Assembly (NCBI GenBank): GCA_964489735.1
Contig: CAZBAL010000006.1
Span: 11,796 to 75,795 of the forward strand
From: an uncultured Clostridia bacterium
GTDB taxonomy: Bacteria > Bacillota > Clostridia > Tissierellales > Gottschalkiaceae
Length of the DNA: 64,000 bases
Reading direction: 5' to 3'
The notes under the pieces are model-generated. The model saw only the letters and a list, made by a program, of their open reading frames with translations. It was not told where the DNA came from and made no database searches. The number at the start of each line of letters is the position of its first letter. The stretch's first letter is position 1. Below are positions 18,487 to 29,139 of the stretch, piece after piece. Made by a program: the position numbers and the translations under genes.

Positions 18487-19230
18487 CTAGCTTATTTTAG
18501 TAATTAGAACAGTTATGTTATCAGGTCCGCCTAATTCGTTAACCTCGTCTATCATTTCTGTACATAGTTTATCCATACTACTGTTATTTTCAGATTTATC
18601 TATTTTTTCACATATATAGCTGTCTTGAAGAACTCCATGTAATCCATCTGTAGACATTAAAATGTAATCCCCTTTTTCAACATCTAGACTTTTTATTTCA
18701 ACATCTACCTCTTCAGCAGTTCCAACAGCTCTAGTTATCAAGTTTCTCTGTGGATGAACTTTTGCCTCATCTTCCGTAATGCTGCCTGAGCTCAATAGTG
18801 CTTCCACAAGAGAATGGTCCTTTGTGACTTTTATTAGGTCTTTGCCATTATGTATGTAAGCTCTACTATCACCTACATGACCAACAAAAGCTTCATTGTC
18901 TTTTATAAGAAGTACTACTATTGTAGTTCCCATACTGCCTTCTTCTTCATCTTCTTCTGCAGCCTTAAATATCTTCTCATTTGCCGCATTTATTGACTCT
19001 CGTAAAAACTGAGGAATATGCATTTTTTCCGATATAAGCTTGTCATAATTGCTATGATAAAACTCAGATATCACGGAAACAGCCAAATTGCTCGCAAAAT
19101 GTCCATTTCTATGTCCACCCATACCATCTGCAACAATATATATTGGAATTTCATTGTCTTCATAATAATATAGAGCATCCTGATTTTCATCTCTAGCTGC
19201 GCCTACATCTGAACACGCACACATAATCAT
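18487..19230 (-). CDS. stp: PP2C-family Ser/Thr phosphatase (Stp1/PrpC)
   Basis: DVGAARDENQD, VADGMGGH, GHVGDSRAY, STDGL, GGPDNIT. Confidence 0.95.
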   Translation of the reverse strand: MIMCACSDVGAARDENQDALYYYEDNEIPIYIVADGMGGHRNGHFASNLAVSVISEFYHSNYDKLISEKMHIPQFLRESINAANEKIFKAAEEDEEEGSMGTTIVVLLIKDNEAFVGHVGDSRAYIHNGKDLIKVTKDHSLVEALLSSGSITEDEAKVHPQRNLITRAVGTAEEVDVEIKSLDVEKGDYILMSTDGLHGVLQDSYICEKIDKSENNSSMDKLCTEMIDEVNELGGPDNITVLITKIS

Positions 19231-19242
19231 TTAATCACCTCT

Positions 19243-20283
19243 TTACAAAGTCTTGTTTCCTTCAATATAATCTATTCTCAACTGTCCACAGGCTGCATCT
19301 ATGTCAGAACCTAATTCTCTTCTAATAGTTGCATTCACGCCAAGATTCTTGACAGTTTCTTTAAAAATCTCAATAGAATTTTTACTTGACTTCTTTTCAC
19401 CATACTCCCTTACCTCATTTAGCGGTATGAGATTTACATGGCAATTAAGATCAGAACATATCTCAGCTAATTTTTTAGCATGAGATTTGCTGTCATTTAT
19501 TCCATCTATCAGAGTGTATTCGAAAGTAATTCTTCTACCTGTCATATCAAAGTAGTACTTGCAAGCTTTGACTACTTCAGCAATGCTGTACTTTTTGCTT
19601 ACTGGCATAATTTCCATACGCTCATCATCAAATGGATTATGTAATGAAATAGCCAGATTAACAGGTATTTTCAAGTCAGCAAGTTCATAGATTTTATCAG
19701 CTAATCCGCAAGTCGATAGAGTAATATTCCTATAGCTAATATTCTGTCCATCCTTGCTGTTTATAATATTTAAAAAATTAACTACATTGTCAAAATTATC
19801 AAGTGGCTCCCCACTACCCATGAGCACTATATTGGTGATATTTTCATTCATATCTTTTTTAATAGCGTATATTTGACTCAGTATCTCAGAAGTCTCGAGA
19901 TTTCTTACGAGTCCTCTTTTAGTAGATGCACAAAAAGAACAAGCCATTCTGCATCCTACTTGAGTTGAAAGACAGACAGAATTTCCATGTTTATACTTCA
20001 TAAAGACCGATTCTATAATATTCCCATCTTCTAGCTTGAAAAGGTACTTCACTGTATCATCAATATTGGATTCCAGTTTCTTCGCTATCTCAATTCTTCC
20101 TATTTTGTAGTTCAGTTTCAGCTTCTCTCTTAGAGGTTTCGATAAATTAGTAATTTCATCAAAATCTTCTACAAGATTTTTGTGAACCGCCTGATAAATC
20201 TGTGAGGCTCTAAATTTCTTTTCCCCTATGTCAACTACAGTTGAAACAAGCTGGTCTATATTAAGTGATTTTATATCTGTCAT
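19243..20283 (-). CDS. rlmN: Dual-specificity 23S rRNA/tRNA methyltransferase RlmN
   Basis: CLSTQVGCRMACSFC, MGSGEPL, IDAACGQL. Confidence 0.97.
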   Translation of the reverse strand: MTDIKSLNIDQLVSTVVDIGEKKFRASQIYQAVHKNLVEDFDEITNLSKPLREKLKLNYKIGRIEIAKKLESNIDDTVKYLFKLEDGNIIESVFMKYKHGNSVCLSTQVGCRMACSFCASTKRGLVRNLETSEILSQIYAIKKDMNENITNIVLMGSGEPLDNFDNVVNFLNIINSKDGQNISYRNITLSTCGLADKIYELADLKIPVNLAISLHNPFDDERMEIMPVSKKYSIAEVVKACKYYFDMTGRRITFEYTLIDGINDSKSHAKKLAEICSDLNCHVNLIPLNEVREYGEKKSSKNSIEIFKETVKNLGVNATIRRELGSDIDAACGQLRIDYIEGNKTL

Positions 20284-20325
20284 TTTGTCCTCCTAATCTA
20301 TAATTATATCATATTTCTCTCTCTT

Positions 20326-21657
20326 TTAGTACTTTTTAAGCTTAGCAATAAAAAAACCGTTAGTGTCATGTTTATTAGGAAATAGCTGCACATAACCTCT
20401 ATCTGCTTCTTCACTTATTTTACTCTTTTTTAAATACTTGCCAAAACCTTCAAGTCTAAATTCTCTGTTTTCCGAAAGAAAGTTTTCAATTATATCTATA
20501 TTTTCTCTTCTATTTACAGTACAAGTGCTGTATATGATTACTCCACCTTTTTTAATATACTTAGCAGCATTTTCAAGTATTTTTCTCTGAATAACCGGGA
20601 ACTCCTTCATTTCATCTTCAGTTCTGTAAAGCTTTATCTCTGGCTTATTTCTGATAAGTCCTAATGCAGAGCAGGGAACATCGGCAACACAGATATCCCA
20701 TTTTTCAACATCCTCCACTTGAAAAACGGTAGCATCTGATATCTTTGTATCTATGATCTTGACACCTAATCTTTCTGCCTTTGCTTCAATATCTCTAAGC
20801 TTATGTTCATAAACATCCCTGGCTTCTAGGTATCCCTCGTTATTCATTATAGATGCTAAATGCACTGTTTTTCCACCCGGTGCAGAACATATATCCAACA
20901 CCTTTTCTCCCGGTACCACACCCGAAGAATCTCCTACTAACGTTGAGGAAACATCCTGTACATCAATGTATCCATCTTTATATATATAACTATCCAGAAG
21001 CCCTCCAGGATTGTTCACTCTATACGAATGATCTGAGTATTCAGAGACTTCAATATCATATCCTTCTTTTATTAACATAGATATAAGCTCTTCTCGAGTA
21101 GTTTTTATTGAATTCACTCTTATATTCATGAAGTGTTTACCTGCATTTGCTATACATATTTCCTCAGTAAAATCCGGACCATAATCTTCTATCCACATTC
21201 TAATCAGCCAGTCAGGATAGGAGTATCTAACAGCTAAATATTTAACAATGTCTGATTTATCTGGGTATCCAATATTATCCTTGTTTCTGGATATATTTCT
21301 CAGAACCCCATTTACAAAGGATTTTGCGCCTATATTTGAGTATTTCCCAACCAGATTAACAGCTTCATTTACTGCTGCTGAATCAGGAATTCTATCAAGA
21401 CTTACTATTTGATGTATTGCCATTTTCAAAATTATTTTGACTTCAGGATCAATCTTTCTAATCTTTATTTTAGAATATTTAGAGATAATCCACTCATAAT
21501 AAATATAGTTTTCTATTGTTCCATATAAGAGTTCTCTTAAAAACCCTCTATCCCTGCTATCCATACCTTGACTGTATTTATTTGCAACTAAATTTGAATA
21601 TGCTTTTTTTGTTTCTATTTCCATAATTGCTCTATAGGCCTGTTCTCTTACGTTCAA
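20326..21657 (-). CDS. rsmB: 16S rRNA m5C967 methyltransferase RsmB (Sun)
   Basis: NusB-like N-terminus, DICSAPGGKT, DVPCSALG, YSTCT, GFFIAKL; TTG at 21657 follows a GAGGAG RBS. Confidence 0.95.
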   Translation of the reverse strand: MNVREQAYRAIMEIETKKAYSNLVANKYSQGMDSRDRGFLRELLYGTIENYIYYEWIISKYSKIKIRKIDPEVKIILKMAIHQIVSLDRIPDSAAVNEAVNLVGKYSNIGAKSFVNGVLRNISRNKDNIGYPDKSDIVKYLAVRYSYPDWLIRMWIEDYGPDFTEEICIANAGKHFMNIRVNSIKTTREELISMLIKEGYDIEVSEYSDHSYRVNNPGGLLDSYIYKDGYIDVQDVSSTLVGDSSGVVPGEKVLDICSAPGGKTVHLASIMNNEGYLEARDVYEHKLRDIEAKAERLGVKIIDTKISDATVFQVEDVEKWDICVADVPCSALGLIRNKPEIKLYRTEDEMKEFPVIQRKILENAAKYIKKGGVIIYSTCTVNRRENIDIIENFLSENREFRLEGFGKYLKKSKISEEADRGYVQLFPNKHDTNGFFIAKLKKY

Positions 21658-21676
21658 AAAATCACTCCTCAAGTCA

Positions 21677-21730
21677 AAAAAATTTGAGACAATATGCTCT
21701 TATATTCAATTCAAAAGCAAATTGTCTCAA
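21677..21730 (-). terminator. Large-loop inverted repeat between yugP and rsmB
   Basis: TTGAGACAAT ... ATTGTCTCAA 10-bp arms, 27-nt loop, T-run downstream on the minus strand. Confidence 0.45.
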
Positions 21731-21740
21731 TAATAAAAAA

Positions 21741-22439
21741 TTAATTTCTTCTTCTACTTCCCATCAACCTAATCAGCTGACCTAAAGAAGCCAATGCCGC
21801 TGCAACATAAGTCAGTGCCGCTGCATTCAATACCTGTTTTACTGGTTTTATCTCATCCGGAGACACTATGCCTCTCTCTAATTCCACCACAGCTCTCTTA
21901 CTGGCATCGAACTCTACCGGTAGAGTTATCAGCTGAAAGAATGTTGTCACTGCAAAGAGCAGTATTCCAATATTCACCAATCCTGGTAAACCCATTACAA
22001 ATCCCAACAGCAATATCGGGAGCAATGCTTTTGAACTCAGTGATACAATAGGAAATATTGTGTTTCTTATTGCAAGAGGTGCATAGCTCGTGCTGTGCTG
22101 AACCGCATGACCAACTTCATGGGCCGCAACTCCAATAGATGCTAATGACTGTCCATTATATACTTCATTAGAAAGTCTCAACACTCTTCTGCCTGGATCA
22201 TAATGATCTGTAAGTGTACCACTCACCACTTCAATCGGAATATTTCCTAAGCCATATCTGTTGAGAATCATTCTAGCTGCTTCTGCACCCGTTATACCTT
22301 TTTTGGAATAAACTGAGCTATACTTTCTGTAAGTCGACTTTATCTTATTCTGTGCATAGAAAGACAGAGCCATAGCAATTATTATTATCAGCCAGCCTAA
22401 ACCAGACCCACCACCATAGTATCCATAACTACCATACAT
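21741..22439 (-). CDS. Membrane zinc metallopeptidase (YugP family)
   Basis: LTDHYDP, AAHEVGHAVQH (HExxH), TLPVEFDASKRA, AAALTYVAA. Confidence 0.9.
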   Translation of the reverse strand: MYGSYGYYGGGSGLGWLIIIIAMALSFYAQNKIKSTYRKYSSVYSKKGITGAEAARMILNRYGLGNIPIEVVSGTLTDHYDPGRRVLRLSNEVYNGQSLASIGVAAHEVGHAVQHSTSYAPLAIRNTIFPIVSLSSKALLPILLLGFVMGLPGLVNIGILLFAVTTFFQLITLPVEFDASKRAVVELERGIVSPDEIKPVKQVLNAAALTYVAAALASLGQLIRLMGSRRRN

Positions 22440-22455
22440 GGACTTCACTCCTCTA

Positions 22456-23385
22456 CTATACTAACTTGATTTTTTCAATTGTATTGCCTCGAAGATATTC
22501 CTCTACAGTCATCCATCTTTTCCCTTCAAACTGTATCTCTTCAAGAATTATAATACCGCTTCCCGTTGCTATTTCGATTCCATTATCTGTTATTTCAACT
22601 ATCATACCTGGCTCATCGTTTACTTCTTTATTTTCAACCCTGGCTTTTCTCACCTTTACCGTCTTACCATCATAGTCAAAGAATGAACCTGGCCACGGCT
22701 GAGTCCCTCTAATCAGATTGTTTATCTCATTTGCAGACTTGTTCCAGTCAATCTTGCCTAAGCTTTTATCCATCATATGAGCATAAGATGACTGAGAATC
22801 ATCCTGAGGTTCCCCTTCCGTTTTTCCTGCCCTTTCGATATCTTCCAATGTTCGAATTAGGAGCTCAGAGCCTCTTTCCATTAATATATCATGAAGCTCA
22901 CCAGCCGTCATATCATCAGATATTTCAACCTCATCCTTAGACACCATATCCCCTGTGTCCAAGCCTACATCCATTTTCATTATCGTATTTCCTGAAACCT
23001 TCTCTCCATCTATTACGACTCTATTAATAGGAGCTGCTCCTCTGTACTTAGGAAGTAAAGATGCATGTAAATTTAAACAGCCATATTTCGGGTAATTCAG
23101 AATCTCCTCAGAAAGTATCTGTCCATATGCAATTACAACTATTACATCCGGATCTGCATTTTTTATTCTCTCTATACTTTCATCAGAGTTAACGTCTGAT
23201 GGCTGATAGACATCTAAATCCAATTCCACAGCTTTCTGTTTCACTGGTGTAAACTGAACTTTTTTGCCTCTACCTCTTCTCTTGTCTTCCTGAGTAATGA
23301 CTAAAGAAATATTATGCCCCTTATTGTGCAGCTCTTCTAATGAGGGAACAGAAAAGTCCGGTGTTCCCATAAATACAATATTCAA
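22456..23385 (-). CDS. fmt: Methionyl-tRNA formyltransferase
   Basis: FMGTPDFSV, AYGQIL, NLHASLLPKYRGAAPI, LDTGD; TTG at 23385 follows GAGGAGG. Confidence 0.97.
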   Translation of the reverse strand: MNIVFMGTPDFSVPSLEELHNKGHNISLVITQEDKRRGRGKKVQFTPVKQKAVELDLDVYQPSDVNSDESIERIKNADPDVIVVIAYGQILSEEILNYPKYGCLNLHASLLPKYRGAAPINRVVIDGEKVSGNTIMKMDVGLDTGDMVSKDEVEISDDMTAGELHDILMERGSELLIRTLEDIERAGKTEGEPQDDSQSSYAHMMDKSLGKIDWNKSANEINNLIRGTQPWPGSFFDYDGKTVKVRKARVENKEVNDEPGMIVEITDNGIEIATGSGIIILEEIQFEGKRWMTVEEYLRGNTIEKIKLV

Positions 23386-23386
23386 T

Positions 23387-23833
23387 TTACTCCTCCTCAA
23401 TAAGCTTGTCTATATAGAGTACTCCATCAAGGTGATCTATCTCGTGACAGAAAACCCTAGCAAGTAACCCTTCTACTTCCATCTCATTTCTTCTTCCATC
23501 TATATCGGTATATTCAACTGTAAGCTTCTGAGGTCTTGATACAGTACCGCTCTCACCTGGAACACTTAAACAGCCTTCAGTATCAAGCTCTTCACCTTCC
23601 TCAGATGTTATAACAGGATTAATCCCAACTATAGGTCCATCTCCTATATCAATTACTATGATTCTTTTCAGTATACCTACTTGAGGAGCTGCCAAACCAA
23701 CTCCTTCTGCATGCGACATAGTTTCAAGCATATCTTCAACCAATACTTGTATTCTGTCATCTATCTTTTCAATCTCTCTGCATTTTTTCCTTAAAATAGG
23801 ATCTCCTTCAACCCTGATCTGTCTTATCGCCAT
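23387..23833 (-). CDS. def: Peptide deformylase
   Basis: GVGLAAPQVG, EGCLS, HEIDHLDG. Confidence 0.98.
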   Translation of the reverse strand: MAIRQIRVEGDPILRKKCREIEKIDDRIQVLVEDMLETMSHAEGVGLAAPQVGILKRIIVIDIGDGPIVGINPVITSEEGEELDTEGCLSVPGESGTVSRPQKLTVEYTDIDGRRNEMEVEGLLARVFCHEIDHLDGVLYIDKLIEEE

Positions 23834-23936
23834 ATTTCATACCACCTTACTGATTTTCCTCTAATATTATACTTTCAATTATTTTAAAACTTAAATTTAA
23901 TAATTTAATAATTTTAGACATTAACATCCTAATTTA

Positions 23937-26426
23937 TTATAATACGGTTCTAGGATTCACGTCTACACTTACTATTATATCAGAATTCTGTTCAGCTTTT
24001 TCAACTAAGCAGTATTTCCTTACAATATCTTTTATAAAATCTAATTCATCTTTATCTGTTTTTATTAAGATTTTCCATCTATATCTATCTTTAATCTTGT
24101 ATATTGAAGCCATATTCGGTCCTAATATATGTGTATTCTTAATGATGAAGTTCTTACTCTTTTCTTCATAGATTGCTCTATGAATTCTGTGAACTTCCTC
24201 ATATACCCTATTCTCATCTCTGCCGTAAACTGTGATGTCTATCAGCTCAGAAAAAGGCGGATATCCATATGCTTTTCTAATTTTTATCTCATCAGTGTAA
24301 AATGATTTATAATCTGAATTCATCGATGAGCGAATTGCATAGTTGTCAGGATTATAAGTCTGTATCACTACATCACTATCTTTTCCTGCTCTTCCGGCTC
24401 TTCCAGACACTTGAGTAATAAGCTGGAAAGTTCTTTCTGCTGAAGAATAGTCCGGAATATTCAGAGATATATCCGCCATAATGATTCCAACAAGAGTCAC
24501 ATCAGGAAAATCAAATCCTTTGCTGACCATCTGAGTTCCTATAAGTATATCTATTCTCTTATCCTTCATCATACTGTATATTCTCTCATAACTTCCCTTT
24601 TGGGACATAGTATCCGCATCCATTCTGGCAACTCTAGCCCCTGGAAAATATTTTCTCGCCTCAATCTCAACTTTTTGAGTTCCTATACCCATATATCTTA
24701 TATATTTTGAATCACATTCCGGACATTTTTCAGGCACCTTTTTTGTCTGACCGCAATAGTGACATACCATAATATTCTCTCTCATATGAAAGTTCATAGA
24801 AATATCGCACGAGTCACATCTTATCGTGTAACCACACTCTCTGCAGCTCACTGCCTTAGAAAAACCTCTGCTATTTAGAAATAGTATAGTCTGTTCTCCC
24901 TTCTTGAGTCTGTCATTTATGTTGTTGTAAAGATCATAACTGAATATAGTTTTATTTCCATTTAACAGTTCTTCTCTCATATCAACAATTCTGACTTCAG
25001 GCATCTTAATATTCATAACTCTTTTGTGGAGTTCGATCAGCTTATAATCCTGTTTTTCAGATCTAAAGTAAGACTTAATTGAAGGAGTAGCTGAACCAAG
25101 CACCAGCTTAGCATTTTTCTCATAATTAAGTGAAATAAGCTTTTCAGCAACTTCAATAGATTCGTATTTAGGATTCATCTCTGACTTATATGAAGTTTCA
25201 TGTTCTTCGTCTATAATAATAATTCCCAGATTTTCAAAAGGCATAAATAAAGCTGATCTTGTTCCAACAACAATTTGAACCTTTCCTTCTCTGATCTTTC
25301 TCCACTGATCATATCTCTCACCAAAAGATAGATTACTATGATATATTGCCACTCTATTTTTAAACCTTCCAGCAAATCTTTCAACAGTTTGAGGTGTAAG
25401 TGCTATCTCAGGAACTAGAACAATTGCATCTTGTCCTTTATTTATTACTTCCTCTATGAGCTGAAGATAGACTTCAGTTTTTCCACTTCCAGTGACACCT
25501 TTGAGCAGATATATTTTTTCGTCTCCACAAGTTATCCTGTTAAAAGCGCTCCTCTGCTCATCATTTAACTCATGCTTAGAGTATTTTTTAATATCTTCAT
25601 CTATAACTTTTCTCTCATACTCTTCTTCTTTTATTTTTATTATACCTTTATTTTCAAGCCCTTTTAGTGTCTGACTGCTTGTATTAAACTTTTCTAAAAG
25701 ATCCTTATATTCGAATCTCAGGAACTCATCATCTCTGCCTAAAGTCTTGACTTCATTTAAGTACCTGAGTATTTCAATCTGTTTAGTTGCTCTGTTTCCA
25801 ACGACCTCAATAGCATTATCATAGTCATCATAATTTAGATATACATATTTTCTATATGCAATATTTACTGACTGTTTATAAACTTCATCAATAAATATAT
25901 CTTCACTATTGACCAGTTTATTGATTTCTCTTTTCAGTTGTGATTTTTCATAAAATTTACTGAACTTTTTAATAAATCTATCTAGTGACATTCTCTTTCT
26001 ACTGTTCATATAATCAACAATCTCATCACCCAGTGATTCTGAATAACTGATCTCTTTTTTCAATATGATATATTTCTCCGATTTCGTACTTAGACCAGAT
26101 GGGATAATAGTTCTTATAGCATCAACGAATTTGCACAGATATCTTTCTCTCATCCAGAAAACTAAACTTATCTGTTTTTGTGTAAGCACTGGATTTTTAT
26201 CTAATAAGAATTGTACTTCTTTGATATTCATATTTCTTTCATCCGAACTCAGCTCTTCAGTGATTCCAAGTACTATTCCATCTATCATATTATCTCCTCT
26301 GCCAAATGGCACCAGAACTCGCATACCTACCTGAATTTCACTCTCCATAAATTCAGGAATTGAATAAGTAAAAGGCTTATCCAGCTTGACATGAGGAATA
26401 TCAACTATTATATTAGCATAAAGCAT
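23937..26426 (-). CDS. priA: Primosomal protein N' (PriA helicase)
   Basis: GVTGSGKTEVY, DEEHE, Cys-rich CRECG..CDSCD..CHYCG..CPECD, GTQMVSKGFDF, QVSGRAGR. Confidence 0.97.
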   Translation of the reverse strand: MLYANIIVDIPHVKLDKPFTYSIPEFMESEIQVGMRVLVPFGRGDNMIDGIVLGITEELSSDERNMNIKEVQFLLDKNPVLTQKQISLVFWMRERYLCKFVDAIRTIIPSGLSTKSEKYIILKKEISYSESLGDEIVDYMNSRKRMSLDRFIKKFSKFYEKSQLKREINKLVNSEDIFIDEVYKQSVNIAYRKYVYLNYDDYDNAIEVVGNRATKQIEILRYLNEVKTLGRDDEFLRFEYKDLLEKFNTSSQTLKGLENKGIIKIKEEEYERKVIDEDIKKYSKHELNDEQRSAFNRITCGDEKIYLLKGVTGSGKTEVYLQLIEEVINKGQDAIVLVPEIALTPQTVERFAGRFKNRVAIYHSNLSFGERYDQWRKIREGKVQIVVGTRSALFMPFENLGIIIIDEEHETSYKSEMNPKYESIEVAEKLISLNYEKNAKLVLGSATPSIKSYFRSEKQDYKLIELHKRVMNIKMPEVRIVDMREELLNGNKTIFSYDLYNNINDRLKKGEQTILFLNSRGFSKAVSCRECGYTIRCDSCDISMNFHMRENIMVCHYCGQTKKVPEKCPECDSKYIRYMGIGTQKVEIEARKYFPGARVARMDADTMSQKGSYERIYSMMKDKRIDILIGTQMVSKGFDFPDVTLVGIIMADISLNIPDYSSAERTFQLITQVSGRAGRAGKDSDVVIQTYNPDNYAIRSSMNSDYKSFYTDEIKIRKAYGYPPFSELIDITVYGRDENRVYEEVHRIHRAIYEEKSKNFIIKNTHILGPNMASIYKIKDRYRWKILIKTDKDELDFIKDIVRKYCLVEKAEQNSDIIVSVDVNPRTVL

Positions 26427-26575
26427 CTATATCATCCTTCAGTAAATATACATATTCAGTATTTGTCTACCTCTTATGACCAATATCACAAGTGTTCGAC
26501 AGTATCCTATCAAGATCAAAAAATATAATTCTAAAATATCCTGCGAAATCTAGTCTATTATCAGTAAAAAAATAG

Positions 26576-26595
26576 AGAGCTTAAAATTAAGCTCT
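26576..26595 (-). terminator. Hairpin overlapping the coaBC stop
   Basis: AGAGCTTA/TAAGCTCT arms followed by a T7 run on the minus strand. Confidence 0.45.
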
Positions 26596-27891
26596 TTTTA
26601 TCTCCATGACCTTGTCTATAATAATATCTGCAAGTTCTCTTTTAGTCATCTTATTAATTTCATATATCCTGCCATCATTGAAAATAATTTCAGCAGCATT
26701 GTAATCAGAACCAAAACCCGTTTCCTTTCCGGATATGTCATTTGCAACTATGAAATCCAAGTTCTTTGAAACTATTTTCTTCTTGGCATTTTCCACTAGA
26801 TTCTCACTCTCTGCAGCAAACCCAACCAGTATCTGATCTTTCTTTTTTTCTCCTAAAGCCTTTGCAATATCAACAGTTCTCTGGAATTCGAGGCTCAGAT
26901 TGTCATCTGCTTTTTTTATCTTCTGATTGGAATAGTTCATAGGTTTATAATCAAGTGGTGCTGCAGCTTTAATCACAATATCCAAACTATCAAATACTTC
27001 ATCTATTGCATTTAGCATTTCATCCGTAGTTTCAATTTCAACAACTTCTATACCAGATGGCTTTTCCAGCCTCGTAGGTCCTGTAACTAAAATGACATCG
27101 GCTCCTCTATCTCTTGCTGCTTTAGCAATCTCATACCCCATCTTACCACTTGAATTGTTAGTGATATATCTTACAGGGTCTAGTCTTGCAATAGTTGGTC
27201 CCGCTGTGACAAGAAGTTTCATCCCTGACATATCTGTGTCCCGAAGTTCAACTGGAATCCGACTCATTTCTACGTTAGAATCATTTGCCTCACCATTAGA
27301 CTGTTCTTCTGACTGATTCAAATATATGGACTTATTTGAATTTTTTTCTCCACTTAATAAGCTTAAAACAAAATCTACGATCCTCTGTGGATCTTCAAGT
27401 TTGCCTTCTCCTACATCTCCACAGGCAAGTCTTCCAGATGCAGGTGAAATAAAATAGTATCCCAGTTCAGATAACTTGGAAACATTCTCTTTAAATATAG
27501 GATTGTTGTACATATTCGTATTCATAGCAGGTGCAAATACAACCGGTGCTAATGTTGCCATAACTGTGGTGCTCAGCATATCATCTGCAATGCCATTGGC
27601 AATTTTTCCTATTATATTCGCAGTAGCTGGTGCAATCAAAAAAAGGTCTGCAGCTTTTGCTATTGATATATGCTCCACATCCCATGATGGAATATCTCCA
27701 AACATATCTGTGACTACAAAGTTCTGCGACATAGTCTGGAATGTAAGAGGAGCTACAAACTTTTCAGCAGCTTCTGTCATTATCACTTTGACATCTGCAC
27801 CCTGTTTTACTAATCTGCTCACAATATCAGGAGCCTTATATGCTGCTATGCCTCCCGTTACTCCTAACACTATATTCTTAACTTTTAACAA
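26587..27891 (-). CDS. coaBC: Bifunctional phosphopantothenoylcysteine decarboxylase/ligase CoaBC
   Basis: LGVTGGIAAYK, APATAN, PAMNTNM, LACGDVGEG, TAGPT..DPVRYITNNSSGKMG, VGFAAE. Confidence 0.97.
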   Translation of the reverse strand: MLKVKNIVLGVTGGIAAYKAPDIVSRLVKQGADVKVIMTEAAEKFVAPLTFQTMSQNFVVTDMFGDIPSWDVEHISIAKAADLFLIAPATANIIGKIANGIADDMLSTTVMATLAPVVFAPAMNTNMYNNPIFKENVSKLSELGYYFISPASGRLACGDVGEGKLEDPQRIVDFVLSLLSGEKNSNKSIYLNQSEEQSNGEANDSNVEMSRIPVELRDTDMSGMKLLVTAGPTIARLDPVRYITNNSSGKMGYEIAKAARDRGADVILVTGPTRLEKPSGIEVVEIETTDEMLNAIDEVFDSLDIVIKAAAPLDYKPMNYSNQKIKKADDNLSLEFQRTVDIAKALGEKKKDQILVGFAAESENLVENAKKKIVSKNLDFIVANDISGKETGFGSDYNAAEIIFNDGRIYEINKMTKRELADIIIDKVMEIKRA

Positions 27892-27924
27892 TCTCCACAC
27901 CTCATCTGCTCTAAATAAATATTA

Positions 27925-28230
27925 TTATTCTTCAACTGCCGAGTCTTCAGAGCTCTCCTCAGATTCCACTGATTCAGACATTGCAGCTTCAACGTTTTCT
28001 GAAAGTTCTTCTTCATCTTCTAAAAGAGTTCTGTCAATCTTATGAAATTCTAATAAGTTTTCTTTGTACTCTCTAATAGCTATTGATATTGCACCTTCCT
28101 CTTCCGATTCTTTTTCAACAAGAGGTGTTGAGCCTTCTAATATCTGTCTGGCTCTCTTAGATATAACAGTGACTAAACTGTACTTGCTATCAATATTTTC
28201 TAATAATTCATTATTGGATAAATTCTTCAT
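27925..28230 (-). CDS. rpoZ: RNA polymerase omega subunit with an acidic C-terminal tail
   Basis: SKYSLVTVISKRARQI; gmk-rpoZ-coaBC synteny. Confidence 0.9.
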   Translation of the reverse strand: MKNLSNNELLENIDSKYSLVTVISKRARQILEGSTPLVEKESEEEGAISIAIREYKENLLEFHKIDRTLLEDEEELSENVEAAMSESVESEESSEDSAVEE

Positions 28231-28241
28231 TCTTCTTCCTC

Positions 28242-28844
28242 CTATAAACCCTCAATCAAATTCTTCTGTCTGTGGACTCTGCATTTTTCAGCTTCTATTA
28301 TTGCTTCCATTTTAGAAACTGCGCTATCAACCTCATCATTTAAGACTGCATAGTCATATTTAAATGCATAGCCAATCTCATCATATGCGCTTTCAAATCT
28401 CCTGATCATAGATTCTCTAGTCTCAGTTCCTCTGAGTTCCAATCTGCTCTTAAGTTCTTCCATAGATGGAGGGAGTATAAACACAAATACACCATCTTTG
28501 TAAATCTCTTTAACTTTCAAAGCTCCCTGAATATCAATCTCCAAAAGTACATCTTTACCCTGCTCAAGTTTTTCAAGTACCTTAGTCTTTGGAGTACCAT
28601 AATAGTTACCATAGACTTCGGCATGCTCTAAGAACTCATTTTCTGAAAGCATCTCTTTAAATTCTTCTCTCTTTAAAAAATAGTAATTTACACCGTCAAC
28701 CTCACCAGGTCTAGGATCTCTTGTTGTTGCAGATATCGAAAGTTCGATACTCTTGTTTTTTTCTAGTAAACCTTTGCATATAGTTCCTTTTCCTGCCCCT
28801 GAAGGTCCAGAAACTACTAATAATAAGCCTTTAGTGCTCATCAA
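28242..28844 (-). CDS. gmk: Guanylate kinase
   Basis: SGPSGAGKGT, SATTRDPRPGEVDGVNYYF, YGNYYGT, LEIDIQGA. Confidence 0.98.
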   Translation of the reverse strand: MMSTKGLLLVVSGPSGAGKGTICKGLLEKNKSIELSISATTRDPRPGEVDGVNYYFLKREEFKEMLSENEFLEHAEVYGNYYGTPKTKVLEKLEQGKDVLLEIDIQGALKVKEIYKDGVFVFILPPSMEELKSRLELRGTETRESMIRRFESAYDEIGYAFKYDYAVLNDEVDSAVSKMEAIIEAEKCRVHRQKNLIEGL

Positions 28845-28855
28845 CCCATTCCTCC

Positions 28856-29119
28856 TTATTCAGTATCTGAAACACAATCTTTATTATCTAATCTATTAGA
28901 TACTGTTTCCGGCTGAACCGCCGACAGTATAATATGATCACTATCAGTAATTACTACAGCCCTCGTTCTTCTGCCATAAGTTGCATCTATGAGCATTCCT
29001 CTGTCCCTAGCTTCTTGAATAATTCTCTTTATTGGTGCTGATTCCGGACTTACAATAGCCACTATCCTATTAGCTGATACCATGTTTCCAAAACCAATAT
29101 TAATTAATCTTATAGCCAT
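28856..29119 (-). CDS. remA: DUF370 family regulator RemA (YlzA)
   Basis: [28 protein letters not shown]...[11 protein letters not shown]. Confidence 0.93.
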   Translation of the reverse strand: MAIRLINIGFGNMVSANRIVAIVSPESAPIKRIIQEARDRGMLIDATYGRRTRAVVITDSDHIILSAVQPETVSNRLDNKDCVSDTE

Positions 29120-29139
29120 ATGAACACCTCCTGAACTAT

